This document shows, piece after piece, positions 13,336 to 25,680 of a stretch of DNA of 64,000 bases. The number at the start of each line of letters is the position of its first letter. Position 1 is the stretch's first letter. The stretch lies in contig OX597814.1 of the NCBI GenBank assembly GCA_951406725.2, forward strand, positions 57,536,001 to 57,600,000, given 5' to 3'. The notes beneath the pieces were generated by a model, which was given only the letters and a program-made list of their open reading frames with translations, was not told the origin of the DNA and did no database searches. This DNA comes from Octopus vulgaris (lineage: Eukaryota). Made by a program: the position numbers and the translations under genes.

Positions 13336-14009
13336 ATCTCAATAGTCAAAGTTTGGCCGTTTTGAACGGATATAGTATTCAGTCGAAGATCACAGCTATG
13401 TTTAGCTTATGATTTATATGGTGCTTTGATTTCTATATTCTGCAACTTTCCAAAAGATTTGATTTGCTAAATTATAGAGTTATAGACTTGGCTAATTGTT
13501 TTACTTCAGAACTCAGAACACCCATTATCCTTCAATTATCAAAGATAGATATTATCGTAGTCCGCTTTTAACTGATCACATTTTTATTTGTAAATATACT
13601 TGACAAACATCTTGTTTTGTTTAGATGAAACTAAAACATATCATTTATTGTATTTGATCTGATATCGCTTTTTGTGAAAAATAACGTTGTTGTCACAGGT
13701 TTCTCAAATGTCAGCTACTGGTGAAACCTGCATTTGCGATGGTATGAGTGAAAAAGATCTGTGATGCTCACCCAGAATAAATACTATATACTATATAATA
13801 TTTTTATCTTATGCATAGGTTACTTAAATGTGTTTCTTCAAGATGTGATGATTGATGAGTAAGCAAGAAAAGAAAAATATATCCTTGGCTGTGTCAAACT
13901 TCTCTCCACCCACAAGAACTGATCCAAATCTAGCTAAATTAATGTATTTAAGCGGAAATGTAGTCGAAATACACTCATCATATTAGCTGAAAGTTATAAA
14001 TGGGTACGT

Positions 14010-14250
14010 ATATAACTGTCTTCGGTCATGAATGGACATGGGATTACATCTGAGGCACAAGTCTGAGCAAAGTTGTTTCTTGAAGATCATCTGTAATTCA
14101 TGCATAGCAGTCTCCCTTCTCCATGCCACCGATGTTATCCAAGGGACAAGCAAAGGCCGATACGGCTTGACACAAGTGAAGTCGCAACTCATTTCTATAG
14201 TTGAGTGAACAGGAGCAACGTGAAATAAAGTGTCCTGCTCAAGAACACAT
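14010..14250 (-). mobile_element. SINE fragment (V-domain-like central region)
   Basis: Minus strand TGTGTTCTTGAGCAGGACACTTTATTTCACGTTGCTCC; related segments at ~26800-26900 and ~38660-38712. Confidence 0.55.
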
Positions 14251-14429
14251 GGGTACATATGCAAGCCAGAAGGAACCAACGACATAGATAAGAAATGTGG
14301 TCTGTCGTGGATTTGTGATAAATAGATTAAACCCACTTAAAAAGATATGTCTTCGCTATTCAGAACTGGTAAGAGCTGCTAAATACCTGATCAAGAAAGA
14401 TAACGATACCCTTAAACATCTACGTTTGA

Positions 14430-14600
14430 TAGAAAATGTCGATTGTGCCACACCAGATTGGAAGATGTCACCCACTATCATCATCAACTGTCCAAAAATG
14501 TCAGCAAGGTACTACCATCTTATGAAATATGACATTGATGCTATCCTCTGGAAGGATAGCATCAGGCTGTCATGCGAATAGCATACGAGAACCAGAATGT
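14430..14600 (+). pseudogene. R4/Dong-type non-LTR fragment (CCHC knuckle region)
   Basis: With one frameshift it reads CRLCHTRLEDVTH-IIINCPKMSARYYHLMKYDIDA, matching the CxxC-x7-H-x4-C...RHD region that precedes the restriction-like endonuclease. Confidence 0.6.
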
Positions 14601-15918
14601 GTCGAGCCACTTAAAAATAATGTATTCCGGTGAGATGCTCAAATGAGAAAAATAGCATCTCGAAGCAAACGTAAAAGATTTGATATTATCCTTGGGGTAG
14701 GAAACGTCATTCCCTGTTGCAGGGGTCACATCAGATCGTATGTGAATGTCTCATTAAAGATGCGGAAAAAAAGGGAGCTTCTATGATGAACAAATGTGGA
14801 CCTTACAGCTCCTGTATTTAGGTAACAATTTTTAACTTAAACCTTTAATGAAATCTGTTGTTATAAGTTTCAGAGAATCACATGACACTAAATTTGCACA
14901 ACAGCCTTGAGGTTTACCAATATAGAAAGAGAAAAATCTCTCAAAACTCTGAAATTCAATTAAAATGAAGTTTAGTAAAACACTCCAAAAATTCTTTATT
15001 TTCGTTTCCAGTAACGAACAGATACGCACAATCATGAGTGCACACACACATATATGAAGAACAATTATACACACAAATTCATGTCACAAAATAAAACCGC
15101 TCATCTTCATACATACCAATTCACTCACACTCTCACCAACACCTGGAAAGAATTTGATGCAAACAAAGGCACCGTGTTATTGTGTTAGGGATTAGCTTCA
15201 ATTCTGGGCAGTAACAAATATAAAAGAAAGACACTTAAATGCCACACATGTTTACACGATTTTAATCACGGTGGTTAACAACAAATAAAACATCGCAGAA
15301 CGTTAAATTCACATATGGCTATATAAATAGATATACATATAACTATATATATGTAATAGAAAGATAAACTCACACACACATAATACATACACACACATAT
15401 AATACACATACATATAGTATGTACACATTCTCTCATAGATATGAATCCCTGAAGAAAAAACAAGAAATGCTTGTCATGTTCTTAATGACCGAATTCTCTT
15501 TATACTATTAGAGTCAAAACAGCCTCGACTCTGTCCCTCCTCCTTTCTTCCTCATTCTCTGTATATGTAAACATAAAAAAATCGATAACACTACAATAAA
15601 ACATTGCACGAGTATTAAATTAGAAACATATAGTGTTTGTGTGTGTATACATATATATCTGTGCGTGTGTGAATATATACCTATATACTCTTCTATGGTC
15701 TCTTCTATGCCCTGAATTATAATTGTATTTTATACTATTATAAATGTCTCTCTCTTTCTCTTTCTCTCTCTCTCACTCTCTCTCAATATATAAATGTACA
15801 TTCATGTATGTATATATATATGTGTGTGTGTGTATATCTATCATACATCAACATATGTACATATAGATATACTCACACACAGGAACATCCATGCAACCAT
15901 GCATGCATCCATCCATCC

Positions 15919-15976
<58 letters not shown>

Positions 15977-15997
15977 AAACATGATGCCAAGGATTCA

Positions 15998-16075
15998 GCG
16001 GTACATATGTTTCGGGCCTTTATTAGACAGATTTATAACAATGCATAATGTATGTCTGTGGCCTTCTTCAGCCGC
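15998..16075 (-). ncRNA. Type I hammerhead ribozyme motif (left arm copy)
   Basis: Minus strand: GCGG-CTGAAGA-(A)GGCC...GGCC(C)-GAAA-CATATG-TA-CCGC. Confidence 0.75.
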
Positions 16076-16555
16076 GCACAACAACTTCCGCAAGGACATG
16101 TGTTACATCAAAAATTCTTGGTTGGGGATGCAAATCCTCTCATTCGCGTACGACATAATGCGGCAACAGCATAGAATTGAAGCGTCCATCTCTTTCTTCT
16201 CTCAATGTAGAATGAGGAAATTTGGATGTTGAAGTAATGTAAATAAATTAATAAATAAATACATATATAGACGTGAAGGGACCTGGTAATAAGAGTAAAT
16301 AGGGGTAAAGATGGAGGGGCGAGAATTCAGGACGAAGGATAAAAAATATATAAAAAGTGTGAGTATAGAAAAATATAAAAATGTAGAGTATAAAGATATA
16401 AAGATCCAAATTTCCTCATTCTACATTGAGAGAAGAAAGAGATGGACGCTTCAATTCTATGCTGTTGCCGCATTATGTCGTACGCGAATGAGAGGATTTG
16501 CATCCCCAACCAAGAATTTTTGATGTAACACATGTCCTTGCGGAAGTTGTTGTGC

Positions 16556-16633
16556 GCGGCTGAAGAAGGCCACAGACATAAATTATGCATTGTTATAAAT
16601 CTGTCTAATAAAGGCCCGAAACATATGTACCGC
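16556..16633 (+). ncRNA. Type I hammerhead ribozyme motif (right arm copy)
   Basis: GCGG-CTGAAGA-AGGCC ACAGA...TCTGT...GGCCC-GAAA-CATATG-TA-CCGC: intact core, palindromic helix III, and an A.C mismatch at the base of stem II. Confidence 0.75.
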
Positions 16634-16736
16634 TGAATCCTTGGCATCATGTTTTTATTTTGATCAATTTACTCCACCACCTACACCACCAAACGGTATA
16701 CACAGGTGCTTATAATTATCAAGTACTCACCCCGAA

Positions 16737-16819
<83 letters not shown>

Positions 16820-17024
16820 TATATATATAATATATATATATATATAATAATAAATATTAGGGAATAAATCCAAATTACAGGGAAAAAAATCAGATTTAGG
16901 ATTAAATCCAATTTTATAGTAAAATATTATAAAATATTTTTAGAGACAAAACCACTATTTTGCAAAACAAACAAGGAAAGACTTAATCAATACATAAAAT
17001 TTTAATAAATAGTCAAAAAAACCG

Positions 17025-17067
17025 CCACTACAATCGTTTCTTGTCTTGATCGACAATCTTCAGGTGG
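17025..17067 (-). ncRNA. Minimal type I hammerhead ribozyme
   Basis: Minus strand: CCAC-CTGAAGA-TTGTC gatcaa GACAA-GAAA-CGATTG-TA-GTGG. All core bases and stems I and II are intact. Confidence 0.88.
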
Positions 17068-17827
17068 ACTTCAATCTAAAATATCAATATTTTAAAATAT
17101 ACAAATAATAATTTTAAAATAATTAAAGTATGAATGAAAAAATATAAATATATAATCCATATATAACCTATATATAATCCATATATAATCAATATATAAA
17201 CAATATATAAACTAAAATAAACCTATCAACAATTAAATATAAAATATAAAATATAAAATATAAAACAAAACAAAAAAATAATAATAATATAATAATAAAC
17301 TATATATACACCCATACACATATACCTAATTATATATAACCATATCTAACTACATACACTAAACCACACACCTATATATATATCCCTATGTATATATATA
17401 TTACGCGCACACACACATACACGCACATACAAATATATATGTATACACTCACATGTTGTTATTTACAGCTTTATATGCTTCGAGATCCACCGTTCGTAAA
17501 TGCCAAAGAAAGAGACACAACATTCTGAAGCCCTGCAACACCTTCCTTGCTGGCAGACTTTGCAGCAAAACTTTCTCATCAAGCATAGACAGGATCAGCC
17601 AAGAAAAAACTACAGGAAGAAGACTATGATTACCCAATTAAGACATTTTTCACTGCTTAGACCGTCTGTCAAGAGGTAAAGAGCCAAATGATATATATAT
17701 ACATACACAAAAATAAACATACATACATACATGCATACATACATACATACGTACATACATACATACATACATACATACATACATACATGCATGCATGCAT
17801 ACATACGCACATGCATGCATGCATACA

Positions 17828-17861
<34 letters not shown>

Positions 17862-17879
17862 CATACATACATACATACA

Positions 17880-17914
<35 letters not shown>

Positions 17915-17929
17915 CTATATATATTAATA

Positions 17930-18462
17930 TAGTTGTCGGTTATGGCTGGTCAGGGAATTATCATGGTTTCTCACCTATAATGCTCTTAACGATATAGGCG
18001 ACTTATCAGACTTGCTGGTCGGAGGCACATAACAAATCTACCACAGGTGGTAGAAATATAGTACTGGTCGCTCAGGGTTGTGAAGAAAGCTCCGAAACAA
18101 AATTCTGGATAGAATGGAGTTATAAAAGGATCAGTATATGCATAACTTTGGTTCGCTCGGCAGCAGGCGATGAATTCCATGATTCCTACACAAATTTCCT
18201 CTTACGAGAGCACCGACTAAATGTTTCACTTTTGAAGTTTAAGAAGGTCAACGTATCTTGCGAATTCGTTAGGGTCCTTGACTTCTCGTACAAGCAAACT
18301 TTGTATCGTCTGCTCCCGTTATGGTCCAGGCTGTTCCAAGTGCTTCTAGTTCATTCTGTATGGTGTACCACCTGCCCGGGCATAACCAACAACCATATTA
18401 ATTATTACTGCTCTAAGATTTAAGAGCATGCATTTCTTTTCGGTCTTATGAACAACTGTCTG
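17930..18462 (-). pseudogene. Penelope-like element 3' end (GIY-YIG C-terminus plus 3' UTR with degenerate hammerhead)
   Basis: Minus strand reads NGSRRYKVCLYEKSRTL...FLNFKSETFSRCSRKRKFV*, resembling the PLE CxLCLxEK...LNKRSE..SKCRH motif. The UTR has AGT-CTGATAA-G-TCGCCTATA..TATAGGTGA-GAAA-CCATGA-TA-ATT at 17956-18012. Confidence 0.7.
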
Positions 18463-18473
18463 AATATATGTAT

Positions 18474-18551
<78 letters not shown>

Positions 18552-18553
<2 letters not shown>

Positions 18554-21252
18554 AGGTTATGACTTTTTCATAACCTAATAACTTTATACAGTAATTCAAT
18601 GAATAATTCTATAAAAGTCAGGAAACTAACATTCACTTTGCTTTATTTGAACAAAGCATCACCCCCAACTAATGAAATCAATCACCACTTTTGACCCAAA
18701 TCATGCAGAATTCTAGGGGGATTCATAACACCTGCTTAAGTTTTTACCAAACTTGGTGTGCTGACTCAATGCAATGCAGAAGTAGTATATCTGAAATTTC
18801 AGCTTTCTAGTTGAAGGAGTTTCGGAGTTATGGGGTTTTAAAATTATAATCACTAGGTGGCACTAGATTCACACTTCAGTATTTCCGCTGTCTAAATCCT
18901 TGTAAACGCAAGAGAAATGTGGAATAAAAGTGTATTTATACATTTTAAAGATTACTGAAGGGAAATTGCTCTATGCAAAGGTTCAAAACTAGGCTATTTT
19001 AAGACAGAGGCCACTAGAAGCATTCGATAACATACAAAATTAAAAACAATACGTATTTTAAACTTTATAGGTTTAATTCCAATTTTAAACAACTGTATAA
19101 GAAAAAGGTTGCTGAATGTTAGCAATTTTTAAAACACAATAAAGAATTAGTGTGTTTTGTTAGATAAAATACATCGAAGCTGAAGTTTCTCCTTCTTTTT
19201 ACAATCATCATAAAGATCTTGAAGGCACTTGATTGCCCGTTCTGCACTCTGATTTGTTCTGGGAATTTCCGGTTTTGATGTTTCTCGACTCCAAAAGGTT
19301 TTTACAGATAATCATGATAATCATGTGCATTGCACATTTGGTTAGTAAACCAAAAATCTGCCCAGCTGTAAGAGATGAATCGACAAATATTGAGAAGCAA
19401 AACTCTTTTCTCTGGTAGAGGAATAAATGCCAAAAGAGCTAGTATTGCTAGTCCATCTTGCATTACTTAAGATTGGTATTTTTGAAACTTTACAGCAGGA
19501 AATTTGCCGGTTTCTTCAAAGAAACGAAAAACTTTAATCGCTATCCTGCTGATTGAGTAATCTTTTCTTCACCATTGTAATTACCATTGAATTACGAAGC
19601 TCTGGGATGAATGTATATTCAGTATTGGGATTGGCTTTTTTCTCCAAGTTCGTTATTCATTACAACACGAAGAACTCTATCAAGGATATGGTGCTGACAA
19701 CCTATTAATTGCGGTTCTTTCAAACCCTTTTGAGCAGTCTTTGCAACTGAATGACAATGCCATTTCTTTTCTCAGTGTTCACACTCCTTGTATCAGCGAC
19801 AATCATCTTTACACAGTTCCATAAATTGTATTCACCTAAAACAGCTGTTATTCCTTTCACAACAGTATCGGCTTTTCCGTTTGGTTATTGGAGTGCTTCT
19901 AACTTAACTTCTACCTGTTCCTTTTTTAAAGCTAGCACTTCGTATTCTTGGTCATCAATACGTTTACCATCAAAATGCAATGACCAGTCTTCTAAATGTA
20001 GTGTTTTCTTGATTTTCTTTTATAGTTTAATAGCTTCTTTGATAATTGAGCTGTAAATCCCAGATTGGGAAGGGGTCTCGGCAATGATTCCATCTTGAGA
20101 TAATTGTCGACAAACTGATGCTGCTTTTTGGGGTTGATAGCTTGGAAGGTATCACTAACTTGGATGCAGTTCCAGTTTTCCTATACTTCCTCCTTGTTTC
20201 TGTGGAGTCTTCATCTGATTTTTAGGACTCTTGATATTCACTTTCAGTCACTGCTTAAGACGTAGAAGATGACACTGTAGTTGCTCTGACTGAAGTTGGC
20301 CATTAAAGATATTTTTCTTCTTTTGGATAGATAAATAGTTTTGGAACTGACTGCATTTCCACTTGCATGTCCAACCTGTCCCTTGCTTTCGATTCGGAGA
20401 TAATATAACCTTCTATTCTCACAGCACAGCCATTCACCGTTTTCCTTTGTGATGTCAAAAATTCCTTTCAATGAATCGTATTTTCCTCGTTTTACACATT
20501 TATCTTAGGTATTCAGCACTTTTTCTACTTTTGCTTGTACATTTTGAATTGATAAATATGGGAAATTTAATTTCCTTTGTCATAAAAAAGTTATTTCTTT
20601 CGAAATGTCCCTTGTTCTTTCTTTCCTTCCTTTGATGGTACCCCCAAGGAACAGGTAGCGACCGACAATTTGAAGTTTCATTGTTATCCCGCATTTGTTT
20701 TCCAAAGAATGTTCTTCTAGAGGAACAAGTCTTCTTTTCTTATGTGAGTTTTGAATTTGCACGAGATTCTTTGTCCATATTTTTTGTTTCTTTGAGTGAT
20801 ACAAGCACTTCTCTTATGAAACATTATTTTAGATACTCTAGTTGGATAAGCCTACTATTCTGAAAAACGGTTATTATAGTCATGGCTTTTAGCGTCATAG
20901 AAATAAAAAGGAGAGGAAGAGGATATTTCCTAAAGTAGGGCCTAAGTGGTAACAAATTAAAAACTAAACTACTTAAACTTGAAAACTGAAACTTGAGAGA
21001 TACTGCTTCTGCATTGTATTAAAGCAGCAGACCAAGTTTGGTAAAAACTTGAGTAGGCATTATGAACCTCTCTAGAATTTTGCATGATTTGGGTCAAAAG
21101 TGTGGTCTTAGATTTCTTCAGTTGGGGGTGACAGTTTTAAAAAAAACACTTAAAATAAAGGTCATTTTCCCTACTTATGTGTAATTGTTCATCAACTTTT
21201 AATAGAGAAAATTGTTTACTTTTAAAACAAATAAAAAAAAATCATACCCCTA
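18552..21252 (-). mobile_element. Decayed hAT-superfamily (hATm-like) DNA transposon with long subterminal inverted repeats
   Basis: Termini TAAGGTTATGA / TCATACCCCTA; ~200-bp inverted homology (18659-18860 vs 20940-21131); minus-strand transposase remnants WSLHFDGK, VADTRSVNTE and GCQHHILD with stops and frameshifts. Confidence 0.75.
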
Positions 21253-21755
21253 ATATATATATATTGGGCAGCCCATAAATAATGCAACATGCATGCATAA
21301 ACACGTGAATGTTGCTTACATTCGTGTGTGTACCTATGCGTGCATATGCATATAAACACTTCACATTTTCTAGGGCTTCCTCTATCTCTAAAAATATATA
21401 TTTGATGAGTTTTGTATGCTTATATCATTCCTGATGAGATTGATGTATAGGTGACCATAATTCTTCCTGCCGGACGTATTTTGAATGCATCTATCAAAAC
21501 ATATGTAGTCGATATGAAGATATGAAGATAAATGGCGGTGCCCCAGCATGGCCACAGCTCATAAGCTGAAACTGGAATCAATCAATCAATCATATAAAGA
21601 CTTTGATAACATCCTGAGTGTTTGTCTCCTCTTTCAATTTGTTCTCTCTTCTCCTAAATACGACTTACTTATCCCGGAATCAAATCACACGCAAGTTTGA
21701 TCATTGATTCTTAAGCAACATTTATATTACCTTGTAATTATTCCCTTGGATCTTT

Positions 21756-21824
<69 letters not shown>

Positions 21825-22151
21825 TGTGATAAATACATAGATGTATAGAGAAAGAGTCAGATAAACACACAAAGTGGTAGATTGATACATACACAGATGT
21901 ATATCGCTCTGTCTCGTTCTCTCTTTATATGTCTATACGTATATATACATATATGAACGTAAGTAAGGCTATAAATATATGTACATATATAATTATACGC
22001 GTGGGTGTAGGAGCGATTATATATATATACATATATATATATGCATATATATGTATGTAAATAAATGTAAATATATATACGTATATATATATATACATAT
22101 ATATATGTATATGTATGTACGTATGCATATATATATATATTTATATATATA

Positions 22152-22198
<47 letters not shown>

Positions 22199-22473
22199 AT
22201 TTTGCCTTGGAGATTGAACTGCCTAACGCATTTCTACATGTGCGATCATAACACACGGCCTTCCGTAAGCATTGTTAGAGCTAGAGCCCATCCTTCTCCA
22301 TTAATTTTTTCCAGAAGAGAGAATGTTCCAACAAACAAAAAGAAAGAATGAGAGAAAGAAAAGGGAGCAACGTTAGTACTGGTTTGGTACTTTTTTATTG
22401 ATCCCAAAAGGATGAAAGGCTAAGTTACCTGGGCGGTATTTTTATCTTAGTGCATAATGACATAAATAAATAA

Positions 22474-22515
<42 letters not shown>

Positions 22516-22561
22516 CATATATATACATATATATATATAAGGCATATATATATGACGCTTT

Positions 22562-22973
22562 GTCAGTAACACCCCACCCCCCAGTGGCTAGCCACATTCA
22601 GATGGCTAGTACACTTTACGTTGTCGAGCGGTTACTGTTTATATCTCGTTCGGAGATTTATTAATGCTTTCAGACAGTTTTTCTAAATCAGTGACTGTGG
22701 TTGCTGGGAAAAACGTTAAATATTATTTGCAAAGGTCTCCTTCATCGAAAACCGGTTTTTACCATGCGTTGACGAGAGGCAAATACCTTGAAACTATAGT
22801 CCGTATGTATCACTTAGGTTTTCGAGGGAGGATGACCTCCCTTTGCAAATAACACAAGGGCACTGAAATTGTGTCTAAGGCCAGCTGGAGACGTTGATCT
22901 TCTGGGGCTAAAAGCGTCAGTAACACCCCACCCCCAGTGGCTAGCCACATTCAGATGGCTAGTACACTTTACG

Positions 22974-22975
<2 letters not shown>
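22562..22975 (+). mobile_element. ORF-less terminally redundant element (354-nt unit), retrozyme- or pLTR-like
   Basis: ~60-bp direct repeats at 22562-22622 and 22916-22975, an internal hammerhead, and (TA)n on both flanks. Confidence 0.7.
22763..22807 (+). ncRNA. Minimal type I hammerhead ribozyme
   Basis: CATGCG-TTGACGA-GAGG caaata CCTT-GAAA-CTATAG-TC-CGTATG: 6-bp stem I, palindromic helix III, GUC cleavage triplet, and C3 replaced by U. Confidence 0.8.
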
Positions 22976-23040
<65 letters not shown>

Positions 23041-23161
23041 TACACAAATACATACATGCATACATACATATATATATATACATATATATTTATACAAAAA
23101 TACACATATACGCACCATATATATATAAACTGTATACACACGTGCGCGCGCGCACACACAC

Positions 23162-23377
23162 TCGAGGTTGAGGGGTGAAAAGTTTTGGGCTTTGGATAAA
23201 GGAAAAATCATCAGTTAATTATGATTTTATTTCCCTCCCAGAGCTTAGAAAAACCCAAGGACCGCTCAATAACTATGTGAATCTGAGAGGGAAATATGTT
23301 GAATAAAATCATAATTAACTGATGGTCTCGATTTTCCTTTATCCAAATCCAGGAACTTTTCAGCTCTGAACATCGTG
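23162..23377. mobile_element. Mariner-derived MITE
   Basis: ~60-bp imperfect TIRs TGAAAAGTT..TGGATAAAGGAAAA..ATCAGTTAATTATGATTTTATT; the interior resembles a mariner transposase end (GKYVE*). Confidence 0.7.
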
Positions 23378-23380
23378 TGC

Positions 23381-23444
<64 letters not shown>

Positions 23445-23592
23445 GCGAAGGACTTCAAATTCATTCTCAAGACATTGGTCGGCTCGTGGTTATAGGAGAA
23501 GACACTTGCCCAAGGTGACACTCATTGAATTGAACCCAGATATAAGGGATTGGTAAGCAGGCTCCTTACCATATAGCCAGGCTTGTGTGTAC

Positions 23593-23644
<52 letters not shown>

Positions 23645-23669
23645 TGTATACACACAGAGATATTGATAG

Positions 23670-24780
23670 TCATTACTCTTTGATGAACCAAGTAATTTTA
23701 AACAAAGCCCGAAAAATAACTCGAATATAAATACGAATGTAATTAATGTTATTTTAGCTGCCAGAGGAACAATTATAGAAATTGAAAACAAATATTGGAC
23801 TAGAAAAGATAGTTGTGATGAATTCGAAATAGCCATGGGCTCCGTAGATTCTGCCCAAGTTACAGATTTGGATGGTATTTATATTCTTTTTATCTCGGGA
23901 AGAGATTTTCCTGAACTTGTGGGAGGTTTATATAATGATGATGTCCTTTTTACTATTAGGAACCTATCTAATAGGAAACCTGAACTACATACGAGAAATG
24001 TTACAGATGTTTTTATAAAGTCTTGGACTCTCTATAACGATAGATAATGAACATGAATCAGTTAACTTCCTGGACGTTAATCTTAATCTTATTACTAGCA
24101 ACTATGAACAACATTGCAAGCTTAACTCCAATATTAAATATATACATGTCTGAAGTAATCATCCTCGTTCTGTTAAAGATTTTTTACTTTACCTTATCTA
24201 CAAAAGAATTTTTAATTTATCGTGTACTAAGGATATTTTCGAAAAAATATGCTGACTATTATAATATGGCATTCAGCAAAGCTGGGTATAAACATAAATT
24301 GAAGTATTATCCTAAAAATATGGACATCGGTCTCATGGATGTTTCTCAGGTTAGTAATATTTTTAAACGAACTGGTAGGATTAGGAATAAAGAGTAAGGA
24401 CAAATGTCCAAATGGGAGTGATGGTATACAAAATACGAGAACCAATGTATTACTTCGTTCATCGAATTCTCCTCATATGACTAGGAATATGAATGATAGA
24501 ATAAAAAACAAACCCATTATATATTTATTAAGTTTCGAAAATTTGAAAACTATAATGCATCTCCTGATAAGAACGACATTATTTGGTTTATAATTCCATT
24601 TACTAAGCAAATTAAGAATAAATTGGTCGGGGCCTTATACAAACTTTACAAAGGAAAGTAGATATTACAATATTAATAACACTAGGTTTCTTAGAGTTGC
24701 CTTTCTGTATCAAATAATTTGTCCCAAATTATATCTTCAATTATCGAAAGAAAATTATCTAAATTTTATAACAATTATCC
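23670..24780 (+). pseudogene. Decayed Penelope-like reverse transcriptase
   Basis: FEIAMGSVDSAQVTDLDGIYIL, GGLYNDD, VNFLDVNLNL, YIHV*SNHP and IIWFIIPF match PLE RT and thumb motifs. Heavily disrupted. Confidence 0.75.
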
Positions 24781-25204
24781 CTGTTTTAAATGCAACAATA
24801 ATAATGTTCCTGGAATAAGTGTTAGTAAGAAAAGCGTACTTGAATCATCTAGTGTAGAAGGGGAAGCAACCCAAGTTAAATATTATCTCAACCTCTGGAA
24901 TATAGGCAACTTGGTAAATAGCAATCATACTGAATGGAATGATATAAAACATAATAATTATCAAGAAACACATCTCTACACATCTCTAACCACATTTATA
25001 CCTTTAATAATAGGAACAAGTCCTCTTGTACCAGCCTCAGTAGGACTTGAATGACAAGAAAAAAAAAGGTTTTCTGTGGAGTGGGAGATTGTAAGCAAGG
25101 CTGCTGCTTATAAGGCTGGAGATTCTTTTTGCTTTCTCTGCCTGGAAGAATTGTACCAAATCCTATATTCCAGGCGGCGCCTCTTAAATATGAGGATTGG
25201 GATT

Positions 25205-25680
25205 GGTTTTTCATGTGTTCACGCATGTAATTGGGCTTTCAAAAACTACCATTAGATATACTATTATCGTAAATCAATTAACTATACGTTAAAGGTAGTA
25301 GTACTTTGAATAGGTGTTTTTTTTTCATATTAAATACACTAACATCTGTAATTATGAGATTAACGAATTATCAATAGATATCATAGAAATATTAAATATT
25401 ATATTGAATATTAATATTTAAATAGTTATATTTCATCTTAAATACGCGTAAGGAGACTGAGTTTTTCATGTATTCACGCATGTTTATGGGTTTTCAAAAA
25501 CTGCCATCAGTTACATTACTATTATAAATAATCAATTATATATTAAAGCTACTAAAACTTTGAATCTGTCAATATTTCCCGTTTTATTACACTAGCATCT
25601 GTAAACATAAGGATTAAAGAATTCTTAGTACATATAATACTGATATAAAAATATTTATTAAATAGTAAAGATGTATATTA
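25205..25680. repeat. Diverged tandem duplication, ~255-bp period
   Basis: TTTTTCATGTGTTCACGCATGT...TTTCAAAAACTACCAT (25208) recurs as TTTTTCATGTATTCACGCATGT...TTTCAAAAACTGCCAT (25462). Confidence 0.75.

Larger units (their letters stand above)
15970..16661. repeat. Near-perfect 258-bp inverted repeat (15970-16227 / 16404-16661) with a 176-bp spacer
   Basis: Arms are reverse complements with one mismatch seen; the ORF track shows mirrored peptides (MMPRIQRYICFG...) on both strands. Confidence 0.95.

Noticed and set aside
15446-15480. CTGAAGA...GAAA...TC
   Set aside because: No stem I or stem II complementarity; a chance match.
15891-16650. Two mirrored ~110-aa ORFs as a duplicated gene
   Set aside because: By-product of the inverted repeat; no recognisable domain, and they run antisense to the hammerheads.
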